From: Gemmatimonadota bacterium
Lineage (GTDB): Bacteria > Gemmatimonadota > Gemmatimonadetes > Longimicrobiales > Gaopeijiaceae
NCBI GenBank assembly: GCA_039589315.1
Contig: JBDHHQ010000001.1
Location: 32,001 to 96,000 of the forward strand
Direction of reading: 5' to 3'
Length of the DNA stretch: 64,000 nucleotides
A model generated the notes under the pieces. The model saw only the letters and a program-made list of their open reading frames with translations, did no database searches and was not told the origin of the DNA. The position numbers and the translations under genes are program-made. Positions 11,031 through 19,564 of the stretch are shown here, in pieces. How positions within the stretch are numbered: position 1 is the first letter of the stretch; every line of letters starts with the position of its first letter.

Positions 11031-14000
11031 CGTTCGGCCCTTGGGTCGGCGTTGTCGTGTTGGGCGCGTGGCTCCGCTGGCACAGCCCGTGGCTTCTCGT
11101 GGTCGGCGTCGCCTGCGTTGTCGCGTGGACCCTGTCGCCCCGTCCCTGGTCCAAGCTCCAGGCCCTGGGGATCGCCCTCACGGTCGGGGCCATCACCGCC
11201 GGGTTCGCCACGTACCCGGACCTGGTCCCGTTCGAACGCGACTGGGCGGAGCACTGGTCCGCCCGGGAGGCCGAGCTCGTTGAGCTGCTGCGAACCGACC
11301 TCCGGGCGTTGACCGATGCCGGTGAGCTGGCCGCCGACCGGATCGCCGCCCTGAGCGACTCGCTGCAGGGCGGCGATCTCGACCGCGCCCTGTCCTCGCT
11401 GCGCCGCGAGACCGGGATGGCCGGCCTGGCGGTGTACGGCCCGGGCCCGAACCCTCGCCTGGTCACCTGGGATGGCGCCCACCAGGGCCAGGTCCCCGCC
11501 CAGGTCACGCTGGGCCGGCGCAGGTTCTCCTACGGGGAGAGTCCGCTCTTCAGCTATCTATACATTACGGCCCCGGTGGAGGGTACGGGAGGGACTGCCG
11601 TAGCGGCCGCTCTCCTCCGGGCCGAGTTGCCCCCGGGCCTGCAGGGCAGCGAAGACGACTTCGCGGTACGCTTTCGCCGCCAGACGGGTGAGTCCATCCG
11701 GATCTTCGCCCCGCACCGGGTCGTCGCCGAGACCGTCTGGGACTTCCTGATCGAGGACCGGAGCCTCTTTGCCGTGGCCGTCGCACAGCCGTCTCGGACC
11801 GAGCGGCGCGCGGACGCCCTGCTCGCATGGTCGCGAGTCGTCCTGGCACTCCTGATAGGCGCCTGGCTCTTCCTGGCGCTCGGCGGACACGGAAGGACCC
11901 TACAGCTCCCCCTGGCGGCGGCCTCACTTCTGGTCCTGGCCGTTCTGGTCCCGCTGGACCCGCTGCTGAGAGGCGAGACGTACCTGTCGTCGGCCCAGTT
12001 CCTCCTGCCCGGACCGCTCACGGTCACCCTCGTGCCGCTCCTGGCCCTGGCGGTGGCAGGGGCATTCGTGGCGGGTCTGCTCATGCCGCGGGGCCCGGGA
12101 AGGGTGAGGATGCCATGGATTCCAGCGCTGCTCCTGGTGGGCGTGGGCTTTCCGCTGCTTGGCGGCGTCATGTTGGAGGGGGCATCCGGCTCCTTGCTGT
12201 CGGGGCCGGAGCGCAGCTTCGTGGCCTTCCAGTCTGCGCTGGCCCTTTTGCTCACTCTGCCGGCCTACGGCGCGCTGCGATCCATCCAACTGAGGCCGGG
12301 GCGCCGGGGTGCGCCGGCCGCCTTTCTGTCGGGCATCGCCATACCGCTGCTCATGGTGGCCTACGCCTCCATGTTCGTCCGTCAGTTCGGCTCCTTTCCC
12401 ACCTGGGCGCTGGCCTTCTGGGCGGTCCCGGCCGGGCTGATCGGCTATGGCCTGGATCGTCGCGGTCGGGGTTGGCGGTCGGTGCCACGCTGGATTCTGG
12501 CGGGCCTACTGGGTGCCACGGCGGCGCTCAGCCTGGCCTGGGGGGCGCGGGTCGACGCTCGGATCCAGGCCGCCGAGGACCGGATGACCAACCTGGGCGT
12601 GCAGGTCGATCCGTACCTGGAGTTCCTGCTGCGCCGTTTCGGAAGCCGGGCCCAAGCCCTGGACGCGAGCGGCGCGGGCGCCGTCGAGATCCTGTACCGC
12701 AGCTGGGTCGACAGCGAGTTGGCGCGGGAGGGTTACCCGGTCTGGTTGACGCTCTGGTCCCCCGGTGACCTGCCCCAGGAGGAGTTCCGGATCGGCGTGT
12801 CCGAGTCTCGGCCCGGGGTGGCCGACGACTTCCTCTCAGCTGCCCGGCAATCGGACACCGTAGCCATCCATCCCCTCGCCCGGGCGGATGCCAACTACCT
12901 CGCGGTGGTCCCGCTCCGAGCAGGTGCCGTGGTCACGGCCACCGTCCCGCCGCGCCGGGAGGCGTCGGCCACCTCGCCCCTGAGCGACCTGTACGCGCCT
13001 GACCGAACCGTCCGGGAGGACCCCCTCACGTTGGTCCCGCTCCTCCCCGGAGACGTGGCCACGGCCGCCGAAACGCCCCGATGGTCCCCGGAGCCGGAGG
13101 GGTGGAGAGGGGAGATGCTTCTCACCACGCCGGAGCTGGAGTACGACGCCCACTTCCTCGTGGCCATCCCGGGCCCACTGGTGCTCAGCGCCCGAGCCAC
13201 CCTGATCCTTTTCCTCAACATGGTCACGTTCTTCGCGGCGTGGGGGGCCGGGCGAACCATGTCCCGGGGGCTACGCCCCCCCTTCGGCGGTTGGCTCGTC
13301 GCCGTCACGTCCTTCCGCGCCCGCATCACGCTCGCCCTTTTCGGGTTCTTCCTGCTGTCGAACGCGATCTTCGGCACCGTGGCGTTCCAGGCGCTCTCCA
13401 CCGCCACCCAGCGCGCCTCCGAGACCCTCGCGGAGCGGATCACGGAGGATGCCGCGGGCTGGTATTACGAGCTGTCGGGAGCCATGGAGCTGTTGGCTCG
13501 CCGAGTCGGTGGGGACCTGTTGGAATACCGGGACGGCGCCCTCCGCGACGGATCGGTGGAGGAGCTGGTGCGTCTGGGTGTCTACCCCGGCTGGCTCCCC
13601 CTGGACGTGCATCAGCTGCTGAGCAGCCGACGGGAGCTACGGACCGTGGAGCTGTCGGGCCTGGGCCGATTCGCCTACGCGACCGCTTTTCGACGCCTGC
13701 CCGACGGTGACGTCCTCGCGGCGCCGGTCTCGCTGCGGGCGGGCGCCGAGGCGGTGCGCCGCAGAGAGGTCATGGATCTGCTGGCCTTCGCGGTCATCGT
13801 CGGCGCGCTGCTCTCGTTGGGACTGGCCCTTCTCGTGGGTCGTGCCCTGGCCCGACCGCTCCTGATCCTCCAGGTGGCATCCGAGCGCGTGGGCGGCGGC
13901 AACCTCCGCGTCCGCCTGCCGGAGGAGCGAGCGGACGAGTTCGGCTCCGTGTTCGTGGCGTTCAATCGCATGGTGGGCCGGCTGCGCCGCGCTCGACGGG

Positions 14001-15100
14001 ACCTCGTGCGCACGACGCGCCGGACCGAGGCCATCGTGGAGGAAGCGGCGACCGGCGTCGTGGCGCTGGACGCTGCCGGCCGGGTCACCCTGGTGAACCC
14101 GCGGGCCGAGGGGCTGCTGGGTCGGCCCATCTCGGTGGCGAAGCCCCTGAGCGAGGAGGGCGGGCCGAGCGACGAGCTGGCCCGTTGGGTCCGGCTCTAC
14201 TTCCGGGACGGCGTGCGAGAGTCGGCGACCGACCTTCAGCTGGGGGACCGCCGCCTGCGGGTCCGGGCCCGACGCATCGAGCGCCAGGGGCCGCTGGGGG
14301 GTGCCGTCCTGAGCATCGAAGACGTAACCGACGAGCTGAGGACCGAGCGCATCCTGGCCTGGGGGGAGATGGCCCAGCAGGTGGCTCACGAGGTGAAGAA
14401 CCCACTCACCCCCATCAAGCTGAGCGTGCAGCACATCCGTCGTGCCTGGGAAGACCGCCGGAAGGACTTCAACGCGATCCTCACCAAGAACGTCGAGGCG
14501 ATTCTGGGTGAGATCGACCGGCTCGCGTCCATCGCCACCAGCTTCTCGCGCTTCGGCGCGCCCAGGGCCGCGGGCGAGGAACCCCTGGAGGGGGTGGATC
14601 TCGCCGAGGTGGTCGGAGAGACGCTGGCCCTCTATGGGAGCGGCGCCCCGGAGATCTCCTTCGAGGCATCCGTGGGAGCGGAGGTGCCGCGCGTCACGGC
14701 TCGGCCCGCCGAGTTGAAGGAGGTCCTGGTGAACCTCCTCGAGAACGCCCGCGCGGCCGTGGAGACCCACGGCGTCGTGAAGGTGGAGGCGTCGCTCGGT
14801 GCCGACACGGTGGAGCTGCGGGTGCGGGACAACGGCTCCGGCATCCCCGAGGAGCTCATGGGCCGTATCTTCGAGCCACACTTCTCGACGCGGTCCACCG
14901 GTACGGGACTGGGGCTCGCGATCGTGCGCCGCCTCGTGGAGTCGTGGGGCGGATCCGTGGATATCGAAAGCTCACCCGGACAGGGGACGGTGGTGAGGAT
15001 GGAGCTGGTGCCGTGGCAGGGCGGGGACTCGGCGACGCCTGTGGAGGAACCGGAAGCCCAGGGCGGTGCATCGGTTTCGCCGCAGGGCCCGGGTCTCTGA
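10964..15100 (+). CDS. Large polytopic membrane sensor histidine kinase (HAMP-PAS-HisKA-HATPase, NtrY-like)
   Basis: H-box WGEMAQQVAHEVKNPLTPI; N-box NLLENA; DNGSGI, IFEPHFST, GTGLGL; HAMP DEFGSVFVAFNRMV; many TM segments; start uncertain (ATG 10964 or GTG 11057). Confidence 0.92.
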   Translation: MTADPTAPAAPGRAPRLRRLLSSFGPWVGVVVLGAWLRWHSPWLLVVGVACVVAWTLSPRPWSKLQALGIALTVGAITAGFATYPDLVPFERDWAEHWSAREAELVELLRTDLRALTDAGELAADRIAALSDSLQGGDLDRALSSLRRETGMAGLAVYGPGPNPRLVTWDGAHQGQVPAQVTLGRRRFSYGESPLFSYLYITAPVEGTGGTAVAAALLRAELPPGLQGSEDDFAVRFRRQTGESIRIFAPHRVVAETVWDFLIEDRSLFAVAVAQPSRTERRADALLAWSRVVLALLIGAWLFLALGGHGRTLQLPLAAASLLVLAVLVPLDPLLRGETYLSSAQFLLPGPLTVTLVPLLALAVAGAFVAGLLMPRGPGRVRMPWIPALLLVGVGFPLLGGVMLEGASGSLLSGPERSFVAFQSALALLLTLPAYGALRSIQLRPGRRGAPAAFLSGIAIPLLMVAYASMFVRQFGSFPTWALAFWAVPAGLIGYGLDRRGRGWRSVPRWILAGLLGATAALSLAWGARVDARIQAAEDRMTNLGVQVDPYLEFLLRRFGSRAQALDASGAGAVEILYRSWVDSELAREGYPVWLTLWSPGDLPQEEFRIGVSESRPGVADDFLSAARQSDTVAIHPLARADANYLAVVPLRAGAVVTATVPPRREASATSPLSDLYAPDRTVREDPLTLVPLLPGDVATAAETPRWSPEPEGWRGEMLLTTPELEYDAHFLVAIPGPLVLSARATLILFLNMVTFFAAWGAGRTMSRGLRPPFGGWLVAVTSFRARITLALFGFFLLSNAIFGTVAFQALSTATQRASETLAERITEDAAGWYYELSGAMELLARRVGGDLLEYRDGALRDGSVEELVRLGVYPGWLPLDVHQLLSSRRELRTVELSGLGRFAYATAFRRLPDGDVLAAPVSLRAGAEAVRRREVMDLLAFAVIVGALLSLGLALLVGRALARPLLILQVASERVGGGNLRVRLPEERADEFGSVFVAFNRMVGRLRRARRDLVRTTRRTEAIVEEAATGVVALDAAGRVTLVNPRAEGLLGRPISVAKPLSEEGGPSDELARWVRLYFRDGVRESATDLQLGDRRLRVRARRIERQGPLGGAVLSIEDVTDELRTERILAWGEMAQQVAHEVKNPLTPIKLSVQHIRRAWEDRRKDFNAILTKNVEAILGEIDRLASIATSFSRFGAPRAAGEEPLEGVDLAEVVGETLALYGSGAPEISFEASVGAEVPRVTARPAELKEVLVNLLENARAAVETHGVVKVEASLGADTVELRVRDNGSGIPEELMGRIFEPHFSTRSTGTGLGLAIVRRLVESWGGSVDIESSPGQGTVVRMELVPWQGGDSATPVEEPEAQGGASVSPQGPGL

Positions 15101-15213
15101 CGCTCTGTGCCTGACGCCGGTCCCGGCGGGCTTCATGCCCGAGCGCCCCTCGGTGGCAATCTACTCCAGTCCCGCTATCTTTCGAATCGTCCGTCTCCGC
15201 CAGGCTCCCAACC

Positions 15214-15867
15214 GTGCGAACGGCAGATGACCCCTTGAAAACCGGCAAAAGCACGTCTCGGCCGCCGCAGCGTGCGGTGGTCCACACACCCGGGCAAAGA
15301 CACGACAGGAAGCTCAGACCCTTGGATCTCGCGCAGTGGGTCGACGCCAACGCGGAGCGATTGGCCGAGCGCTGGCTCGCCGAGGTCGCTGCGCGGTCCG
15401 GCCCGTGGCCCGACGAGATTCGGGACCTGGTGAGCCGGTTCATGGGCCTTTTCGTTTCGCTGCTGCCGGTGAGCGTGGGCCCCCTTCGGGCTCAGTTCGA
15501 GCCCCTCTGGCTCGAGGCGGCGGAGCTCTATGGATCGGTCTCCGCGATGCGCGGACTCGCCGCCGGGGAAGTCATCGAGGAATTCCAGTCCCTGAGGGAG
15601 GCGCTGATTCGGGCCCTCTACGAGCGTCCGCCCAAGGACGGGCACGAGCCCCTGTCACTCCGAGAGATCCTGACGCTGAATCGCATCGTCGATCAGGGCG
15701 TGACGCAGGCGAGCGTCGGTCACACGGACGCCCTCTTCTTCGCCCTGTTCCAGGGCTCGGGACTGCCGGCTTCCCCGACCGCCCAGCTCCTGGCCGAGGT
15801 CCGGGAGCAGATCGACGGCGTGGCGAGCGAGCGGGACGCGATCCTGGCGGACGTGCGGCGCCACTGA
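15214..15867 (+). CDS. Hypothetical helical protein, RsbRD_N-like
   Basis: LAERWLAEV..YG..AMRGLAAGEVIEEFQSLREAL..LNRIVD pattern resembles RsbRD N-terminal sensor domains; start may be later (15277 or 15322). Confidence 0.6.
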   Translation: MRTADDPLKTGKSTSRPPQRAVVHTPGQRHDRKLRPLDLAQWVDANAERLAERWLAEVAARSGPWPDEIRDLVSRFMGLFVSLLPVSVGPLRAQFEPLWLEAAELYGSVSAMRGLAAGEVIEEFQSLREALIRALYERPPKDGHEPLSLREILTLNRIVDQGVTQASVGHTDALFFALFQGSGLPASPTAQLLAEVREQIDGVASERDAILADVRRH

Positions 15868-15927
15868 GCCGGGGGCTCGCCCGACGGCGTATCGCCGCTC
15901 TGAGGCCCCCTCGGTGGGGCCGATCCG

Positions 15928-16374
15928 TCAACGCCTCTTCGCGAGGAAGTCCCGGAGCTTCCGTTCTGACGGCAGAGCCAGCATCATGGCGAGCAGCACC
16001 ACCGCCGCCAGTCCCAGCCCCCACGCGAGGTCGCCCGTCAACAGTGCCACCACGACGGCGAGGAGGGCGGCCCCTTCGCGCAGGGCCATGCCGACAATGA
16101 CCGCATTGCCGAACCGGACCGTGGCCTCGGCACGGTCGGCTCCGGCCGGCACCTTCTTCAGGGCGGATTCGAGAAGAGGGGCCACCACCAACGACAGCAA
16201 CACGTACCCGGCGGTCACCGGGAGCAGGAGGCCCTCGATCCCTGGCGCCACGGGCTCGAAGCCGCTCGAGCTCAAGACGGCCACGACGACGCCGAGCACG
16301 ACCACACCCCCCATGAGGGCCGCGCAGACGATGCGGAGAATGCGGAGGGCCTCGTCGTCCTTCCCGTGCGGCAT
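15928..16374 (-). CDS. Hypothetical integral membrane protein (about 4 TM)
   Basis: ATG 16374 preceded by GGAGGAAGGG; hydrophobic segments; ALREGAAL motif. Confidence 0.7.
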   Translation of the reverse strand: MPHGKDDEALRILRIVCAALMGGVVVLGVVVAVLSSSGFEPVAPGIEGLLLPVTAGYVLLSLVVAPLLESALKKVPAGADRAEATVRFGNAVIVGMALREGAALLAVVVALLTGDLAWGLGLAAVVLLAMMLALPSERKLRDFLAKRR

Positions 16375-16476
16375 CCCTTCCTCCGTCAAGATGGACGGAC
16401 GCCCGGGGTCCGATTCCCGGGGCGTCGCGCCGACCCGCATGGCCGACGCGGGGTCCTCGTGGGCCGATGCGCACGG

Positions 16477-17853
16477 CTACGCCTCCCGGACCTCCCGGGC
16501 GAGGTTGACCATGGAGTCGTGGGCGTCGCCGAAGAACATGTAGGTCTTGTCCATGTAGAACAGATCGTTGTCTATGCCGGCGAACCCCGGGCTCAGGCTC
16601 CGCTTCATGACGATGACGTTCCGGGCGTGGTCCACGTCCAGGATCGGCATGCCGGCGATGATGCTGTCGGGATCCCGCGCCGCGGGATTCACCACGTCGT
16701 TGGCGCCCACGAGCAAGACCACGTCGGTGCGCGCGAACTCGTCGTTGATCTCGTCGAGGTCGTAGAGCTGGGTGTAGGGCACGTCGGCCTCGGCCAGCAG
16801 CACGTTCATGTGCCCGGGCATGCGGCCGGCCACGGGGTGGATGGCGAACTTCACGTCGACGCCTCGGTCCCCCAGCAGATCACTGACCTTGCGGAGCTCG
16901 TGCTGGGCCTGGGCCACGGCCAGGCCGTACCCCGGTACCACGATGACGGACTGGGCGTAGGCCATCATCATGGCAGCGCCCTCGGCGTCGATGTCCCGGA
17001 CGGACTTGTCACCCGTGGCCCCGGCAGTGATCTGGGCCGTGCCGCCCCCGAAGGCCCCGAACGCCACGTTGGCCAACGACCGGTTCATGGCCTTGCACAT
17101 GAGCTGGGTCAGGATCAGCCCGGCCGCACCCACGAGGGCGCCCGAGATGATCAGCACGTTGTTCCCGAGCACGAAGCCCGTGGCCGACGCGGCCAGCCCC
17201 GAGTAGGAGTTCAGCAGCGAGATCACGACCGGCATGTCGGCGCCGCCGATCGGGATCACCAGCAGCACGCCAAGGATCAGCGCTACGACGGCGAAGGCGA
17301 GGAAGACGTTTTGGTCCGGCGCCACGAGCACCAGGTAGACCCCGGCGGCGACCAGCGCGAGAAAGACCAGCAGGTTGACGAAGTTGGCCCCGGGGTATGT
17401 GACCGGCTTTCCCGTGACGATGCCCTGCAGCTTGCCGAATGCGATGAAGCTCCCGGACAGCGTCACGGCGCCGATCAGCACGCCCAGCACGATGGTCGTT
17501 CCCTCCGTGCCCGGCATCTGTCCCTGGTTGGAGAGGCGCAGGAACTCCGCAGCCGCCACCAGGGCCGAGGCGCCGCCGCCGAATCCGTTGAAGATCCCCA
17601 CCATCTGGGGCATGGCCGTCATCTTCACGGTCCGCGCCGCGATGCCGCCGATGAGGGACCCGATCACCACCCCGACCAGGATGCCCCGCCAGTCCAACAC
17701 CTGGTTGTCGAGCAGCGTGACGATGATGGCGATCAGCATCGCCAGGGCGGCCAGGGCGTTGCCGTTCCGGGCGGTGACAGGGGACTGGAGCTTCTTGATG
17801 CCGACGACGAAGAGGATCGCCGAGACCAGATAGGCGAGATCGATCATGATCAC
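16477..17853 (-). CDS. pntB: NAD(P) transhydrogenase subunit beta
   Basis: MTAMPQMV, GGADMPVVISLLNSYSG, VPGYGLAVAQAQ, HPVAGRMPGHMNVLLAEA, GANDVVNPAA. Confidence 0.97.
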   Translation of the reverse strand: MIMIDLAYLVSAILFVVGIKKLQSPVTARNGNALAALAMLIAIIVTLLDNQVLDWRGILVGVVIGSLIGGIAARTVKMTAMPQMVGIFNGFGGGASALVAAAEFLRLSNQGQMPGTEGTTIVLGVLIGAVTLSGSFIAFGKLQGIVTGKPVTYPGANFVNLLVFLALVAAGVYLVLVAPDQNVFLAFAVVALILGVLLVIPIGGADMPVVISLLNSYSGLAASATGFVLGNNVLIISGALVGAAGLILTQLMCKAMNRSLANVAFGAFGGGTAQITAGATGDKSVRDIDAEGAAMMMAYAQSVIVVPGYGLAVAQAQHELRKVSDLLGDRGVDVKFAIHPVAGRMPGHMNVLLAEADVPYTQLYDLDEINDEFARTDVVLLVGANDVVNPAARDPDSIIAGMPILDVDHARNVIVMKRSLSPGFAGIDNDLFYMDKTYMFFGDAHDSMVNLAREVREA

Positions 17854-18137
17854 GAGCCCCCGTCACGCTTGAACATCTGGAGCATCCGGTCGGTCACCAT
17901 GAAGCCACCCACCACGTTGATCATGGCCATGATGATGGCGAGCACGCCGAGCACCGTGGACAAGGGCCCCTCGGCCTGGGCCGAGACCACCAGGGCGCCA
18001 ATGATGGCGATCCCGCTGATGGCGTTGGCCCCGGACATGAGGGGCGTGTGGAGCGTGGGTGGGACCTTGGTGATGAGCTCCCGGCCGGCGATGGTCGCCA
18101 GCACGAACACGTACAGCCCGACGATCAGCTCACCCAC
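17850..18137 (-). CDS. pntAb: NAD(P) transhydrogenase subunit alpha part 2 (membrane)
   Basis: VPPTLHTPLMSGANAISG; INVVGGFMVTDRMLQMF. Confidence 0.95.
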   Translation of the reverse strand: MGELIVGLYVFVLATIAGRELITKVPPTLHTPLMSGANAISGIAIIGALVVSAQAEGPLSTVLGVLAIIMAMINVVGGFMVTDRMLQMFKRDGGS

Positions 18138-18178
18138 TCTGGGTGCCCCCTCTCAAGCGCGCTGATGACAGTACCACC

Positions 18179-19327
18179 CTAGGCCTCCTGACCCATGTGC
18201 TCGAGGGTCCGGCCGTGAACGACCTTCCCCCCGTGTGTGATGCACGTACCCGACACGATCTCGTCGTCGAAGTCCAGCTTCAGCTCCCCCTCCTCCACCA
18301 TGTCCAGCAGCAGCGTCGTGATGTTCTTCGAGTACATCTCGCTGGCGTGATACGGGAGCTCGCCGGGCAGGTTCGTTGGCGCCATCACCTTCACGCCGTT
18401 GTGCACGACCGTCTCCCCGAAGCGGCTCACCGCGCAGTTGCCGCCGCTGGCGCCAGCCAGATCCACGATCACCGAGCCCGGCTTCATGGATTCGACCATT
18501 CCCTCGGTGATGAGCAAGGGAGCCGGGCGTCCCGGGATCTGGGCGGTGGTAATGACGATGTCGGCCGCGTCGATGTGGCTCGCGATGAGGTCCAGCTCCC
18601 GCTGGTGCTGGTCCTGGGACAGCTCCTTCGCGTAGCCCCCCGCGTCCTCGGCGTCGGCTTCCATCTCGGCCTCGAGGAACTTGGCGCCCAGGCTCTCCAC
18701 CTGCTCCTTCACGGCGGCCCGAACGTCGAACGCCTCCACGATCGCGCCCAGCCTCCGAGCCGTGGCGATGGCCTGGAGGCCGGCCACTCCGGCACCCAGG
18801 ATCATGACCTTGCCGGGCCGGATGGTGCCGGCCGCCGTCATGAACATGGGAAGGAACTTGCCCAGGTTGTCCGCGCCGATGAGGACGGCCTTGTAGCCCG
18901 CCACGTTGGCCTGGGAGGAGAGGGCGTCCATGCGCTGTGCCCGAGTGATGCGCGGGATCTGATCCATGGCCATGGACGTAACGCCCGCCTCGGCCAGGCG
19001 CGTCACCAGGTCGAGGTTGGTCACGGGGCTCAGGAAGCTGATGATCGCCTGGCCGGACGAAAGGAGCGCCACCTCGTCGGTGCCGTCTCCCGTTGCCGGT
19101 GCGGCGACCTTGAGGACCACGCCGGCGCCCTCCAGTGCCGAGCGTGCGTCGTGTGCAATGGTCGCGCCTTCCGCCTCGTACGAGGCGTCGAGAAAGCCTG
19201 CGGCGGTGCCGGCGCCCGATTGGACGCATACCTCCAGGCCCGCGGAGACGAGGGACTTCACGCCGGTCGGAACCAGCGCGACGCGGTGCTCGTCCGCACG
19301 CGTCTCTCCCAGGACAGTCACCTTCAT
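18179..19327 (-). CDS. pntAa: NAD(P) transhydrogenase subunit alpha part 1 (soluble dI)
   Basis: Start ATG 19327; EHRVALVP, PRITRAQRMDALSSQANVAGY, GAGVAGL, TTAQIPGRPAP. Confidence 0.95.
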   Translation of the reverse strand: MKVTVLGETRADEHRVALVPTGVKSLVSAGLEVCVQSGAGTAAGFLDASYEAEGATIAHDARSALEGAGVVLKVAAPATGDGTDEVALLSSGQAIISFLSPVTNLDLVTRLAEAGVTSMAMDQIPRITRAQRMDALSSQANVAGYKAVLIGADNLGKFLPMFMTAAGTIRPGKVMILGAGVAGLQAIATARRLGAIVEAFDVRAAVKEQVESLGAKFLEAEMEADAEDAGGYAKELSQDQHQRELDLIASHIDAADIVITTAQIPGRPAPLLITEGMVESMKPGSVIVDLAGASGGNCAVSRFGETVVHNGVKVMAPTNLPGELPYHASEMYSKNITTLLLDMVEEGELKLDFDDEIVSGTCITHGGKVVHGRTLEHMGQEA

Positions 19328-19378
19328 GGCCGCTCCCGTTGTGGGCGGTTTCGAGGGAAAGGGGCGTAAAGCGCCCGG

Positions 19379-19407
19379 ACGATAAGCGGGGGCCCCGGGC
19401 CCCGCAA
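19379..19407 (-). promoter_or_regulatory. Putative sigma-70 promoter of the pnt operon
   Basis: TTGCGG-N17-TATCGT on the - strand. Confidence 0.45.
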
Positions 19408-19502
19408 CGTCGGCACCGAACGAGCTTTGGGAGACACGCCTTGCGAGGTGGGAGAACGCCAGGCAGGATTCGGGTCGGGCGCCGGGCGGCACGACCGGAC
19501 CA

Positions 19503-19533
19503 GCTCGTGACCGGGCTCGTGACCGGGCTCGTG
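19503..19533. repeat. 12-bp tandem repeat (GCTCGTGACCGG x2.6)
   Basis: Exact copies at 19503-19514 and 19515-19526, partial copy at 19527-19533. Confidence 0.8.
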
Positions 19534-19564
19534 GCGTCCCGCGACCCCGTCCTCCGAGGATGCC

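Noticed and set aside
11027..11482. Minus-strand ORF with an ATGA overlap onto the creatininase start
   Set aside because: Lies antisense to the kinase CDS and has shadow-like composition; the overlap follows from the ATGACA start sequence
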